From Octopus bimaculoides (lineage: Eukaryota), in the NCBI RefSeq assembly GCF_001194135.2, contig NC_068987.1, forward strand, positions 74,779,957 through 74,843,739: a stretch of 63,783 nucleotides of DNA. Direction: 5' to 3'. Of the stretch, positions 26,699 to 41,600 are shown piece after piece. The notes under the pieces are model-generated. The model was not told the origin of the DNA, searched no databases, and saw nothing but the letters and a program-made list of their open reading frames with translations. Every line of letters starts with the position of its first letter. The stretch's first letter is position 1. The position numbers and the translations under genes were made by a program.

Positions 26699-29600
26699 TC
26701 TCACTCTCTCACTCAATCTCTCTCCCCCTTTGTCTCTCTTCAGCTTCCATTATCAGTACACCATTTCATGTCCAGTTTTCCATGCTGGTATGGTTTGGAC
26801 AGTTATCTTGAGGCATTGTTTTGTGACCAGATGTCCTTTTTGTTATCATTCCTTTTGCTCACTTCTTACAACGTACACACATGCACACACTTATGTGTGG
26901 ATGGAAATATTGATGTGTATTATGTGATGTGTGTGTGTACCTTGTCATACAGTAAACAGATGCATGGTTCACAATACATATTATCTCTATATATAATATA
27001 TCTTGTATGTGTTACCATAAACTGTTGTGTATATTATGTCATACTATATTTCAACAATTGTTTATTTCAGGCTGCAATTCTTGTGTTCTTCAATCTTAGT
27101 TCTATCCTTCTGATCCTACCTGCAGTTGTTAGTTGGGATTTAGTTCGACGTGAAGATAAACGAATTGATGTATTCTGCTGTTTCCAAAGGTATTTTTCTT
27201 CCTCCTCTCTTTCTATAAACAACTTTGCTTATATTACTGAGTTTTAAAACAGTTATTTTATATTATTACAAGCTTTTATGTCACCTATATGAACCATTAA
27301 CATTTTAATTAAAAGCAACTCATGCATTTACATGATTGTTCACCTTCCTAGAAATAGTAACTAAATCTCCCTCGGGTCACATCTTAGAAAAGAAGTACAC
27401 ATTGAATAATTTAGGTGTGAGCATACAACGAAAAGTAAGATTGTTGATTAGATCTGCTTAATCCTGCCTGGCCCTAGACTAAACCATAATAACGAAAAAA
27501 TGCAACAAATCAGAATAATTCTGTAGAAAACATTATTATACCAAGATTCATAGTGTTAAGAATTTCAGAGAACCCATTTATCATTTAACATCTGCCTAGG
27601 AAAGGTATTGCAATCTACTGGAGATTTGGTTAAATTCCACACAAAGAATATAAACTATTTTAGGGGAAAATTCCAAAGGTTTATTCCAGTATAATTTCCA
27701 AAGGCTTCCTAGTTTCTGAGAAACCTTTAAATGGTCATCTATCATTTGTTGAGGCAGATGTTGTGACATAAAGTGTTCATATTTAAATCCAAACACTCTC
27801 ATCATAATTTCATGGAAAAAATCTTTTGATAAATAATGTTAATTATAGTAATTAACTTAATGAGGAATTTTGATATTTTACTGAATGTTTCCAAAGATTT
27901 TACTATTGTGGAAATTTACTAAAACATAGAAAATGTATTTCATTAAAACTCTGGTCACAAAAAGGGTGGTAAATAAAGTTGTCACATGACTGTTGTTATG
28001 TAAAAATGCATGTCACAAGTCATCATGGGAATACCTATATGGTCACATGACCTGCTAGAATTAAAAGACAGACAGACACATTGAATAATGTAGTCCTAGA
28101 TATACTATATCTGCTCAAAAACATCATAGTGATGGATCTGCTTAGTTGAGGGCTAAGCTGTGTCTAAATAACTGCTTAACTATCATCATAACAATGAAGT
28201 TAGCTCTTTTCTTTTTAAATAAACTCTTCAGTAGAATAATTAACTGTGGGGTGGGTGGACACAATTTACTTGTACACATTCTTGCTTTGCCTAACACATA
28301 AAATGGCAGCTAATAAACCAAATTTTCTTTCCCACAGTTCAATGGCCAACCAAGTGATAGAATTACAACCACAAAGGGACAGTGAACACTGTTTATCACA
28401 TTTTGGTTACAGTTCAACACACCTGAGCATCCCAAATACCTCATCAAGTGTTGCTATTCATCAGACCGTAACTAAAATTTCTGTTAATGGCTCTCAGCCA
28501 GTCACCTGTTTAGCAATGCAGCCAACAGAACGTGTTGTCAATCAAAGCCACTCAACAAAGCCAGTACATTCAGAAAAAACACAAAAGGCCCCCGTTCCAG
28601 AAAAACATTCAAAGGCCCCCGTTCCAGAAAAACATTCAAAGACCCCTGTTCCAGAAAAACCTCTAAATGCTCTTGTCTCAGAAAAAACTCCAAATGCCCT
28701 TGTTCCAGAAAAATCTCCACATGCCCTTGTTCCAGAAAATCCTACAAATGCCCTAGTTCCAGGAAAACCTTCAAATGTTCCAGAAAAATATCCAAGAGCC
28801 ATTCTTCATGAAAAATCTCCAAAACTCCTTGTTTCTGATAAACCTCTGAAAGTCCTGTTTCCAGATAATTCACTCAAGTCCGTACTCACTGAAAAACCAC
28901 CAATTCAAACTCCTGTATATCCTCCAGGTAAGCCTGAATTTATTTTTATATATTTCAGGGCATCCAGTTGTAGAAACTCTGGTTCAATGAATTCTACCTG
29001 ATCCATGCAAGCTTGGAAAAATGGATGTTAAAATGATGATTGTGTGTGTGTACATATTCTTCCTTTATACATACAAGTGTATGTGTGTATCTGTCTGTAG
29101 ATTGAACAGTGAAATTATTATTTGAGAAAGATGAAAGGAAATTTTCGGTGGAGACCATAACCTCATTCTTCAATGATTTCTATTTGCAGCATGTCCATCC
29201 AATACATCGTCTCGTCAGTGTTTGACACCAATTGACAGCGTCTCATTCAAGGATTGTTGGCTACAGATGCAGCATGAATGCTTCAACTTCTCGTTAGCAA
29301 ATATTGTTAAGAATCATTATGGGCCATTTCTACAGAAGACACCAACAAAGGTGGGTTCAGCAACACAAGTGACATTTGTTGTTGCTTTCCATAACTGTTT
29401 CTGTTAGTTATGATCTTTGTGTTTTTTATTGCTTAGTTTCAGATCAACCGTGATTACTAACACACTTAATGTAGTGAGCACATAATGAGAAAGAGCAATC
29501 AATATGTTATAATTTACAATTAAAAATTTCTGAAATATTTTATAGAAACCTAAATTTTTTTATTGATTCTTATTTTGAATTGGGATGATGAAAGACTCAT

Positions 29601-30544
29601 ACATATTTCTTTATTTCCAGGTTTTCACTATTGTAGTATTTTTGATTATCACACTCATTGGTATTTATGGCATCACACTTGTGGAAGACGGCTTAGAACT
29701 TACAGACATTGTGCCACATGGAACGGCCGAGTACAATTTCTTGGAAGCAAAATCCAAATATTTTGGATTTTACAACTTCTTTGCTGTGACAAAGGTTAAT
29801 AAATATATAAGTATTTCTACATTTTTATAATGACCTGATTTCCAGGACAGTGTCCTGTCCCTTACTCATTGGTCAGGATGGCTAGATCCTGACATTTTTA
29901 TATAGATATCCTTTTTGGTTCAGTCCTTTCTATGTTTACAACACATGCATGACTGCATAGTTAAGAGATTTGTTTTACAACTGTGTGGTTTTAATTTTGG
30001 ATATGGGTTTAGTTCCACTGCATGACAACTTTGGCAAGTGTCTCTGGTTATAATCTTAGCTTCATCAAAGCCCTGTAATGGAAATTTGGGAGACAGAAAC
30101 ATTGTGCAAGGCCATTGCAGAAGACAGTTCCCTTTGCTCTTGGGTGCATTTGGCAGAATCTGACTATGAAGGCAGTCATAAATTTCATTAGGTGTTCTCG
30201 TTTTACCAAATTGTATTAACAACTATTTCCTTATGCTTACATGGGTGAGATAAAATATTTGTTAGATCAATTCTTTTTACAAGCAGACAGTTGACATTCT
30301 TCCATTAATCATCCATATTATGTGAAAGTTTCAATCAAACAAACTGGCTCAGCAGGGTTAGATGGTTTGCTCAGGAGCACAGCACAACAGCTATAGCAAG
30401 ATCTGAAGTTGTGCATGCACATGTGCTCAAAAATTGCCCAGTACCTTAACTGTGCAGCTCCACTCTCATTTGTTTAAAAAAAAAATTGGGATTTTGTACT
30501 TCATGAATAGAATGAAACAAGACACCATACCTGCACATACTTTT

Positions 30545-30593
<49 letters not shown>

Positions 30594-31008
30594 NNNNNNN
30601 NNNNNNNNNNNNNNNNNNNNNNNNNNNNNNNNNNNNNNNNNNNNNNNNNNNNNNNNNNNNNNNNNNNNNNNNNNNNNNNNNNNNNNNNNNNNNNNNNNNN
30701 NNNNNNNNNNNNNNNNNNNNNNNNNNNNNNNNNNNNNNNNNNNNNNNNNNNNNNNNNNNNNNNNNNNNNNNNNNNNNNNNNNNNNNNNNNNNNNNNNNNN
30801 NNNNNNNNNNNNNNNNNNNNNNNNNNNNNNNNNNNNNNNNNNNNNNNNNNNNNNNNNNNNNNNNNNNNNNNNNNNNNNNNNNNNNNNNNNNNNNNNNNNN
30901 NNNNNNNNNNNNNNNNNNNNNNNNNNNNNNNNNNNNNNNNNNNNNNNNNNNNNNNNNNNNNNNNNNNNNNNNNNNNNNNNNNNNNNNNNNNNNNNNNNNN
31001 NNNNNNNN

Positions 31009-31044
<36 letters not shown>

Positions 31045-34000
31045 GTCATAGATATGTAATAAAAGATTTCCAGACAATGGACATGAGTTAAAAATAAGAA
31101 CAGTAATAAATGAGTGAAGAACGAATATATAGTGAATGTGTTTATTTGGTGGGGAAAAAAAAGATCATCCCGAAATACAATATATATATATATGTACACT
31201 TTCTCCACTATTTTCTTCTCTTCTCTCCCAATTTCCCTCTCATTCTCATTTTCATTTTGCTTGTGTTTCTCCACAGAACAACTTTGATTATGCTCACAAC
31301 CAGCAGTTACTGTATTCCTATCACAAAGCATTCCAACAAGTCAATCACATCATCAAGCGAGAAGATGGTTCTCTGCCCACATTCTGGCTACAACTTTTCA
31401 GAGAATGGCTCCATGGTATGCTACTAATTTTAAAAAAACAACCCTTTATTTCCTTCTTTCTCCTTACCTTGGGTTCATGTATTAATTTCTTCAGCTTTCA
31501 TTTGTTATACATCTGAAATCCTTCGCTTACTCAACATTTTTTGCCCTTTTTAATTTCAGATTTACAAAAGTCTTTTGATGATGATGTGGCTAATAAGTGC
31601 ATTGGTCCACGGAAATGGTACCAAAATGCCTCTCAGAATGGTATTTTGGCTTTCCGACTTCTGGCCCAGACTGGCAATGTTGACGATCCTTTTGATGTCA
31701 ATCAGGTAAGAATTGATTAGAGATTCTTTTACAGATTTCAGTCATTGGACTGTGGCCATACTGAAGCACCATATTCAAAGATTTAAGTCAATTATATCAG
31801 CCTCAATATTTGTTTTTAAGTCTGTTATTTCCTCTGAATCCACTAATAAAGCGATGCCTAAAGAGCAGCAATATGAACTAAACTAGTTTTTAGATTTGTG
31901 TAAGCATAAACACATGCATCTATATATGTTTATAGATATATATATAATACCCGTCAGAGTGTAAGTATCTTGAGAGAAAAGCTGAACATTAGAAGCATCA
32001 GTTGTGGCGTGCAAGAGAGACGATTGCGCTGGTATGGACATGTGGTGAGAATGGAGGAGGATAGCTGCGTGAAAAAGTGCCACACCCTAACAGTTGAGGG
32101 AACCCGTGGAAGAGGTAGGCCCAGGAAGACCTGGGCTGAGGTGGTGAGGCAAGACCTTCGTACATTGGGCCTCACCGAGGCGATGACTACGGACCGAGAC
32201 CTTTGGAAATGGGCTGTGCGTGAGAAGACCCGGCAAGCCAAGTAAGATNNNNNNNNNNNNNNNNNNNNNNNNNNNNNNNNNNNNNNNNNNNNNNNNNNNN
32301 NNNNNNNNNNNNNNNNNNNNNNNNNNNNNNNNNNNNNNNNNNNNNNNNNNNNNNNNNNNNNNNNNNNNNNNNNNNNNNNGCGGGTGGCACATAAAAGACA
32401 CCATTTCGAGCGTGGCCGTTTTCGTGCGGGTGACACGTAAAAGCACCCACTACACTCTCTGAGTGGTTGGCGTTAGGAAGGGCATCCAGCTGTAGAAACT
32501 CTGCCAAATCAGACTGGAGCCTGGTGTTGCCATCCGGTTTCACCAGTCCTCAGTCAAATCGTCCAACCCATGCTAGCATGGAAAGCGGACGTTAAACGAT
32601 GATGATGATGATGATGATGATATATAATGCAGACTCATGCTCACACACATACATGCAATGACAGTAGGTGGAAACTAACAATGTGGAAACATTGTTAGTT
32701 TCCACCTACCAGATCATATTCTCATAGTAAATATAATTTTGGTCAATTCCAAAAGTATTGTAAAAGATACCTGCCTAGAGCTTTGAACCTCACACAACGC
32801 AATCATGCCTGCATAGGTGTGTGTGTGTGTGTGTGTGTGATATAGATATTTACAAACATGGAAGGTGGTTGGCAAAAGACAAAAAACAGCAGACAAAATA
32901 CTTTTTGTATCATTCCATTCTGAATTGAAATTTTGCCCACTTCTGCTTTGCCTCACATTCTTCCAAGATCCCTACAATAAGTACTGGTATTGATGCAGTT
33001 GACTATACCTTTGAAGACAGTGCCCCAGCATGGCCATTAAAAAAAAATTAAACACAGTATATTGCTTTTGTCAAATATGCAATACATAGCTGATATAGAC
33101 TACATACACCATGGTACATGTTGTATGGCATGTGTATGTGGTACCTTAACACAATGCAATACAGAATTAACATAATGGCATACAGCATACAGGCAGATAT
33201 ACACACTGTAAGCATAGACTGTACAGACACCTTTATGTTAAACACTATAAATACATACCTGAACCACTTAGCCACATTGTATTATAACCTATACTATTTC
33301 TCCCTGTATTTCCAGGTTCACAAAGTACGTCTTGTTAAGGATGGCATCATCAACCCATCAGGATTCTATAACTATTTGTCAGCCTGGCGAGGAACTGATG
33401 TGTTAGGATACGACTCAGCTATGGGTGATTTCTACCCACCATTAAAATCCTTTGTCCATGACTATCGAGATAGAAGCTTAGAAGGTAAGCTTGAGCAGAT
33501 TTATGTCAGGTGGCAATTCAATAGAATTGATGTGACTTTTTGTAATTAAGAAGCTTGTATCATTTCGCCATCTAGCTGAAGATTATACAGAAACATGGAG
33601 TACAGTGTGTCAACCTAAACAGGTTGTACTCCCTCGACTGTTCAGTCTATTTTTGGACCCTGAACTGATATGTGTTTCAATGCTGGAAACTAAACTGTAA
33701 GAGCCTACCTTTGTTTATACAACTGACCAGTAGAAGATTTCTATTCTGCAGTCTTCAATATCTTTCTTTCTCAGTTGATTTACTGGCCATTTTATTTTCA
33801 TTGTGGATGACATGCCCACTATATTCAACAAAATGATGAGTTGGTAAGACAAAAAGATAGTCAAGATTGCTCTTAATGTGTTCATATCATAAGGTTTTTC
33901 CACAGAAAAAGCCTGAAATCATTGACATGAATGCTAATAAAAGAAGTGAATTAGTATTTGAACAACATCTATAGACGTTTGGTGGGGTTGGACCACTGAT

Positions 34001-35636
34001 TACAAGATTCCTGTCTTCACTGGCAGCTCACCTAGCAGAGATAACTGGTGAAGTCCGTGAGGGCACTTGGTTGTTCCAGCACATCAGCCTCGCCATCACC
34101 CGTGGCAATGCTGCAAGTGTGCTAGCATGTCTCAAAAGTCATTAGAGAGGTTTCCCAGCATTGCAATATTTTCAACCTAAGGTGGCGAATTTTTTTTTTT
34201 TCTTCTCACTCTTATGTACATATTTAAGTGTAAATAAAATTACCAGTGCTATCTACAAACAGTTCACTTTAATGTTTGTATTTGTATATCACTGAGACGC
34301 TAGGACATTAGGATTTAAGCAAAAAGGGGTTCTAAATGATTTAATCATATTTTACAATCGTTTTTTAAGTCAGTATTTTGAGACACTATTACTTTCTCTA
34401 AACACTTTTTTTTTGTAGAATTCTTCTAAAAGTTTATGTTGACTTTACAGTTTATATATTTCATACCATTATATACCACCTTACCATATACCATTTCTTA
34501 CCATTTTCAGTATTCAAATCTCACCAAATACAGTATGCTCAGTTGCCATTTTACCTAACTAATTTATCCAACACCAGTGATATGATTGAAACTGTACGAG
34601 TAAGTTCACATTTCTTTTCCCTTAATCCTCAGTTTATAGTTCAACCATATTATCATGCTTGCAAATAACCACTTGTCTTTTTTACTGTTATATTTATAAT
34701 GTGAAATTGAAAAAGTTGTGAGTAGGAATGAAAGAGCTTTGACAAACAAAAACAAAACAAATTAGTTAATTGGATATTTATCCATTTGACTAATAATAAA
34801 GAAAAGGAGTGGAATTGAACCAGTGTTTGTGTTAATTGGCATAATGACTCTCCCTAGACACAACAAAAATTACATATATTGCTATCAACAAAACTGAAAT
34901 TGAAAATTCACATCTTGATGTGACTTGAAATTATATATATATATATATATTCTTATTTTTATCTCTTACAGCACATCCGTTCCATATGTAAGGAGTTTGA
35001 AGGCAAAGGACTCCCTAATTACCCACGTGGGGTCCCTTTTACCTACTGGGAGCAGTATTTGCACCTTCGCATGTACCTCTCCTTGTCTATTTTGTGTATC
35101 CTTATAATGACATTCCTTGTCATTGCTATCATACTGGTCAACTTATGGATAGCTGTAATTGTGGTAAGTATATATTTTATTTTTTTCCTCTTGTTTGAAT
35201 CTCTTCACACTGTTCACTCTTTTTGACATGGGAACCACTACATGGTTACTGAACTTGAAAGAAATAGCAGCCAAATCTCTCTCACGTTACATCTTATTGT
35301 CTTTTTTCCTATCTTCTCCCCACTTCCCTTTATTGTTACTTTTCCGTATACAGTTATGCATCTGGAAGCTCTGGCACAGTTTTTGTCTGTGTATAATCAC
35401 ACAATTCTTATAATCAGGCTTAACCTTGGATTAATCAACAACAACTATATTTTCATTCTAAAGAATCAACTGTTAAAAATAACTGCCAAATATCCTCGGG
35501 TAACATCCTATCATCTTAATAATGGATGAATATGTTATATACAAATAAACAGACTATTATGACTGGCTGGATCATTTTTGTGATCATAGGTCTGCTCATT
35601 CAGAGCTAATTTGGAGTTAGACAACAATACAAACTC

Positions 35637-35672
<36 letters not shown>

Positions 35673-38600
35673 TCTATCTAACACACACACACATTCATGT
35701 TATCACATGCATTAACCATCTTCTATGATAATGTCCAGAATCTTTCCAACCTATCACATAGAATGATATTCACTCAGTATGATATATTTTTTTTTCTTCT
35801 GTAGATGGCGATACTGCTTTGTTTGGTGTTACAACTCCTTGGTTTTATGGGTATTGCAGGAATCAAGCTAAGTGCAGTGCCTGCAGTTACTTTGGTCATA
35901 GCTGTTGGCATTGGCATGGAATTTATTGCACATGTATGCATAGTAAGTATTGCAACAGTAACAACATCTGCATGACTTATATTACATACATCTGTCATTG
36001 ATTTGTTTAATGGTGGCTTGATCTATATCAGCTTACAGTTGGAATCTCATTAGTTATAGTTTTCAATGCTAGTCACTGCTGACATTAGTGGTGCTAGATG
36101 TAGGTACTGGTCAGAATTATAGGAATTTGTCATTGGCTTTGGTGATGGTCACTGTAGGAATTGGTAGCAATAGTTGTGATGATAGTCATAAATCTGCAGG
36201 CTTTATATCTGTTGATAGCAATTGTGTTAATGGTATGTCAAAGTGGAGGCTCGTAGCTCAGTGTTGAGAGCATCAGGCCCACAATCATGAGATAGTGAGT
36301 TCAATTCCTGGACCAGACTGTGTGTTGTATTCTTGAGCAAGATACTTTATTTCACATTGCTCTAGAAATGAGTTGCAACATCACTGGTGCCAAGCTGTAT
36401 CGGCCTTTGCCGTTCCCTTGGATAACATCAGTGGTGTAGAGATGTGAGGCTGGTATGCATGAGCGACTGCTGGTCTTCCATTAAAAACAACCTTGCCTGG
36501 CCTTGTGCCTCAGGGGAGTTCTTTTTTTTACTGGTGATGTCAAGCAGTGGCACTAACTGTGGTGGCAATGGCCATGACTATGTAGTAGTAGGGGGAGGGG
36601 GGAGAAAGAGGAGGAGCAATAGCAGCAGAAGAGTTGACCTGTTGATTCTAATGAAGAGAAGGTGGACTGGGATGGACGAAGGGGTTGATAATATTTGTAG
36701 AGTAGAAGGTGGCAAGCTGGCAAAATCATTAGCATGTCAAGCAAAATGCCTAGCAGCACTTCGTCCGTCTTTACATTTCTGAGTTCAAATGCCACCAGGG
36801 TCGACTTTGCCTTTCATCTTTTCAAGGTCATTAAAATAAGTAAGAGTTGGACACTGGGCTCAAAGTAATTGACTTACTCCATCCCTCAAAATTGTTGGCC
36901 TTGTGCCATAATTTGAAACCAATATTTGCAGAGTAGAAAGGGATTGATGATTATTGTGTAGGAGGATTAAAATAAATATGATCATAGAAGAGATGGTAAT
37001 TGATGATGTTATATGATAATGGTTACGATGATGATGTTGATACTGGTTAGCATGATGATAATGTTTCATTTCTATTTTGCAGGGTTTCATCACATCTGTG
37101 GGCAGTAGAGACCGCCGTATGTTGTTAGCACTGGAACACACTTTCGTCCCTGTTGTCCATGGCGGTATCTCAACATTGTTAGGCATCATTATGTTAATAG
37201 GAGCAGAGTTTGATTTCATTATTAAGTAAGTTTTCTTATCTATAATTGTTCTTGTTGTTGGCATTGTCAGTGACTGTGACATTAGCAACCTCATTGTTTT
37301 TATTTAGCTCTGGGTGAGCTTCTGAGGAAGCATGGTCAGTGATGTTTGCAAGAGAGAGAGAGAGAGAAGGGTCTGGTAGATAGAACTGTGATGGTGGTTG
37401 TTGTTTAGTCATAAATGCACAAGTCTATGATTAGAGACATTGTAACCATGACTACCCCAGCTTATCAGACATTGTATTTCTAGGATACATTAACCAATGT
37501 GCCATTTTTTATTTAACATGGAAGCATGAATGTGTGTGTGTAATATATATATATATATGTCAATTAGTAGTGGCTTTACTTCACTTATCAATTGCAAACA
37601 AATAATAAAGATGTAAATATTGAGACTATGATCTTATTACTTTTATCTTTTAATTCTACTTCATCATAAGATTTAAAAGAAAATGTCTATTTTCTTCTGA
37701 ATCTATTTATATCTTTTATAGCAAAAATTTAGATTCAGATGAATATGGTACTTAAGTTGAGGCACCAGAGTTTAGTACGCTTTTATCCATACAATTTCAA
37801 AATAAGGTGATTAAAATCAACATAAGCAACAAGGATATCCAGAGGTAATGCTGTACGATTGTTTCACGCAACTCCATTTAATTGAACCATTGCATCAATT
37901 AAAATGCAGAGCAATCCTCAGCTGCACAAAGACATAGAATTTAATTAGATAATTTTACTTAAAATCTAGAAGTTAAGGAGATAGACAAAGAACATGCTGC
38001 CTTCACTTCAGCTTAGAAACTACTAAGGTATCAGGAAGAAAGACTTGTTACAGATTTTGCTTGTCACTGCTCTATGGGGTCAGTTTTAATTTACAGACTA
38101 GTTTTATCAAAAAGGCCGAGAGAACAAGGAGCAGTGTCTGTTAGGAATAGGGCTGAGGAGTTGACAGAAATCATAGTGGACACAGTCATAAAAAAAAAAA
38201 AAAAACTATCAAGATTTATTAGAAGCAATATCATGAAATTTGGTAAAGGAAATCAAGATGCTAGCTGACAATTAAGGGGGTTGGCCACTAGCAGACCATT
38301 GGTAATGAAACAGAAATCTTATCATGTACTACTATAGTTAAATATTTTAAACAATATTGCACCAGTCCTCAGTCAAATCGTCCAACCCATGCTAGCATGG
38401 AAAGCGGATGTTAAACGATGATGATGATGATGATGATGATGATTGCCTTATTGTATAAAGTTAAAGTTTAGGGTTATTCAGAAGAATATTATAACAAAAG
38501 GATAAAAAGTTTTTTGAGTATGTACCAAACATTTACCATAATAGAGGAAGGAAAAGAAATTATCTAGAAATAGTTTAATATTTATACATATTATATACTT

Positions 38601-41600
38601 AAATACTAACTTATCAGATGGTATCTGTGAATATTGATCAATTGGTATATACTGGTATTTAATAAAGGAGTACTGAGGTAAAAGAACATGCTAACTATCA
38701 ATTAATTTATTTATAATCTAAGCAGTTTATTTTAAGTAGTGAATATACCAGTATTGTTTTATATAAGCTAAGTATGAATTTATACAGGTACAAAAATTAG
38801 ATTTATTATACATAAAGGCTATTATAAAATAATAAAAAACTAAAATAATCAGGTAGGGCAGAACACCATAGAAAAGGAATTAAATAGCTTAATCACTAAA
38901 AACATGTATACCTTATTAACATCAAAAGAGAAGATTTATAGAAAATGTATAACAATTCAAAGTATACTAAACTAAAAATTATATATATAGGCATAGGAGT
39001 GGCTGTGTGGTAAGTAGCTTGCTAACCAACCACATGGTTCCAGGTTCAGTCCCACTGCCTGGCACCTTGGGCAAGTGTCTTCTACTATAGCCTCGGGCCG
39101 ACCAAAGCCTTGTGAGTGGATTTGGTAGATGGAAATTGAAAGAAGCCCGTCATATATATATATATATATATGTATGTGCATGTGTATGTTTGTGTGTCTG
39201 TGTTTGTCCCCCCAACATCGCTTGACAACATCGCTGGTGTGTTTAGGTCCCCGTAACTTAGTGGTTCAGCAAAAGAGACCGATAGAATAAGTACTAGGCT
39301 TACAAAGAATAAGTCCTGATGAAGTATATATACAACTCAGTAACATCAATCGAGAAGATTTATAGAAAATGTATAATAATTCAAGTATTTAAAACTAAAA
39401 ATTGTTTATTTACATATTTAGCTTGTATCTATAATGATTGATACCCTGTCTTAACTAAAGTAATATTGATGTTGTAGGACATGCTAATTATACACTGATT
39501 TTATACTAAGGGGTATATTATAGGTTTTAAATCACAAGATCAATAAAGTGCTACTTTCTAAAATATTTAAAGGTGCGGGTGACACTATGTGCACATGATA
39601 CCCTAAGGTCTAATCGATTATTAATCATGTTGCCTTTAATGTGTCCATCTGTTTTAATTTAATTAAATTATATGTCTTTATGCAGCTGAGGACTGCTCTG
39701 CATTTAAATTGATGTAATGGTTGCATTGTTCAATTAAATGGAATTGCTTGAAATGATCGTACTGCATTACCTCTGGATATTTTGTTGCTTATTTTGATTT
39801 ATATTTTCCTCTTTCAGATATATCTTCAATGTTTTATCAGTGTTGGTACTCTTAGGTTTACTAAATGGTTTATGGTTTTTACCTGTACTTCTCTCTGTGA
39901 TCGGTCCACCTGGTGAGGTAAGCTTGCAAAGAGCAATGGCTCTGCTTATTTTTTACTCCCCCAATGTGCTTCCTTACTTTCATTCCCTTCCACTTTTCAT
40001 TTGTAATGGATCCAAGTTAGTCTGGTAAAATTGAATCATGGGACTTGGAGAGGTATGGCCTGTTTTTCACTGAGCAGCCTGCAGTAGAAAAGAATCTAAA
40101 ATACTTTGTCTAGGAGACTATACTACAATATAATTACTGTTTTAAAGTTTGAACTCTCAATCTTACAGTTACTAATTCAGTCAGTAACTTCCATTTTTAT
40201 ATTTACCACATGTTATCAGTAACTTGAATTTGTCTAGATTTATCATAATAGATCTTTTTACTTTTTATTTATTTATTTATTTTCAAAATGACTGAACCAC
40301 TAGCCACGGGGTTAGTCTCCGTCAACAACTAATTAGAGCCACTGTGTGTAGTAGTGACTCCAAGCAAGACTGGAAATTCATCTCTCATCCTCTCATCAGC
40401 CCTATTGTAGCTTACCCATCAGGCACCATACTAACCACCATGTTCAGTCCTTCTTCCTCAAAGCATTAAGGCTCTGGAATTCTTTGCAGATGTGTTAATA
40501 TATAAATAGTTAAACTAGATGTCTGTATCGATCCCATCTCACCAGCCTTGAAAGGATTGTGATGACCAAGGGCACTACTCCCCCCACACACACCTTTTGA
40601 GTTGTTAACATCAGGAAAATCATCAAGGTTTAATAGACACTAGCCCACTTATATGCAAGCATGAAAAAAAATGAATTTAAAACAAGATAACCATATTAGT
40701 ATTAATTGTTTTGACTTTAATGTTGCTGTGTTTATTTTGTTTTTTTTAACTAATGACTGTTTTTTTCTGCTTTACTCAAAGATTGTACCCAAAGATAATG
40801 GTGATATGATTGAGCCTCCTACTCCAGAACCTTCACCAAGGCCAAGAGAAAGACCTATCAAATCAGTGAGCCGGCATATATATCCTCGAATGCCTTCAGA
40901 TATTTCACTGAGCACCATAACAGAAGAACCTACGCAGTACTCCTCACATGAAATCATTGTACAGCCAGAAGTGGTTGTTGAAACTACCACCATTCCTATC
41001 ACCACATCGTCAACACAGACCAAAAAAGACTTTTGTGATAATGTAAGTACCCCTTCCTCTACACATATCTTTACATATTGTTATATGATTCCTTGATTTT
41101 CTCCTGAACAATGATTATAAAACTAGAGGTAATAGTAACCCCTCTGTATCAAAATGTTATTGTGCCAATGTAAGTGCTCACACTTTTACCAGGTAAGGCG
41201 AGGTTTTGTGCCATGGAAGGTAGTAAGTGTAGGGTAGTAGAATACCAGTCAAAATGCCTTGTGGTAATTATTTACTTCCCATTATTATGTTCTTTTGTGG
41301 GGTTTTTTAGTACAAATCCTGTCAAAGTTGACTCTGCTTTTCATTTTCTGAGATCAATAAAATAAGTACTGGCCATTTACTTGACTCAATTTAGTCAATA
41401 TTTCCTTTCATAATGACTTGAGGGCTTATGCCTATCTTAGAAAATAAAAATATTATATCAAGAAGTCAGAGGAATGGCAAAAATCACTAAAGCATCGAAC
41501 AGAATACCTTGTGATGCTTAGTTTCGTCACTTTACATTCTGAATCCAAATAAACACCAAAATAAACTCAATAAAATAAATACCAGTCGAACACTAGGAAC

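Noticed and set aside
28538-28802. Minus-strand repetitive ORFs (FSGTRAF..., FLEQG...)
   Set aside because: Antisense shadows of the ptc coding minisatellite.
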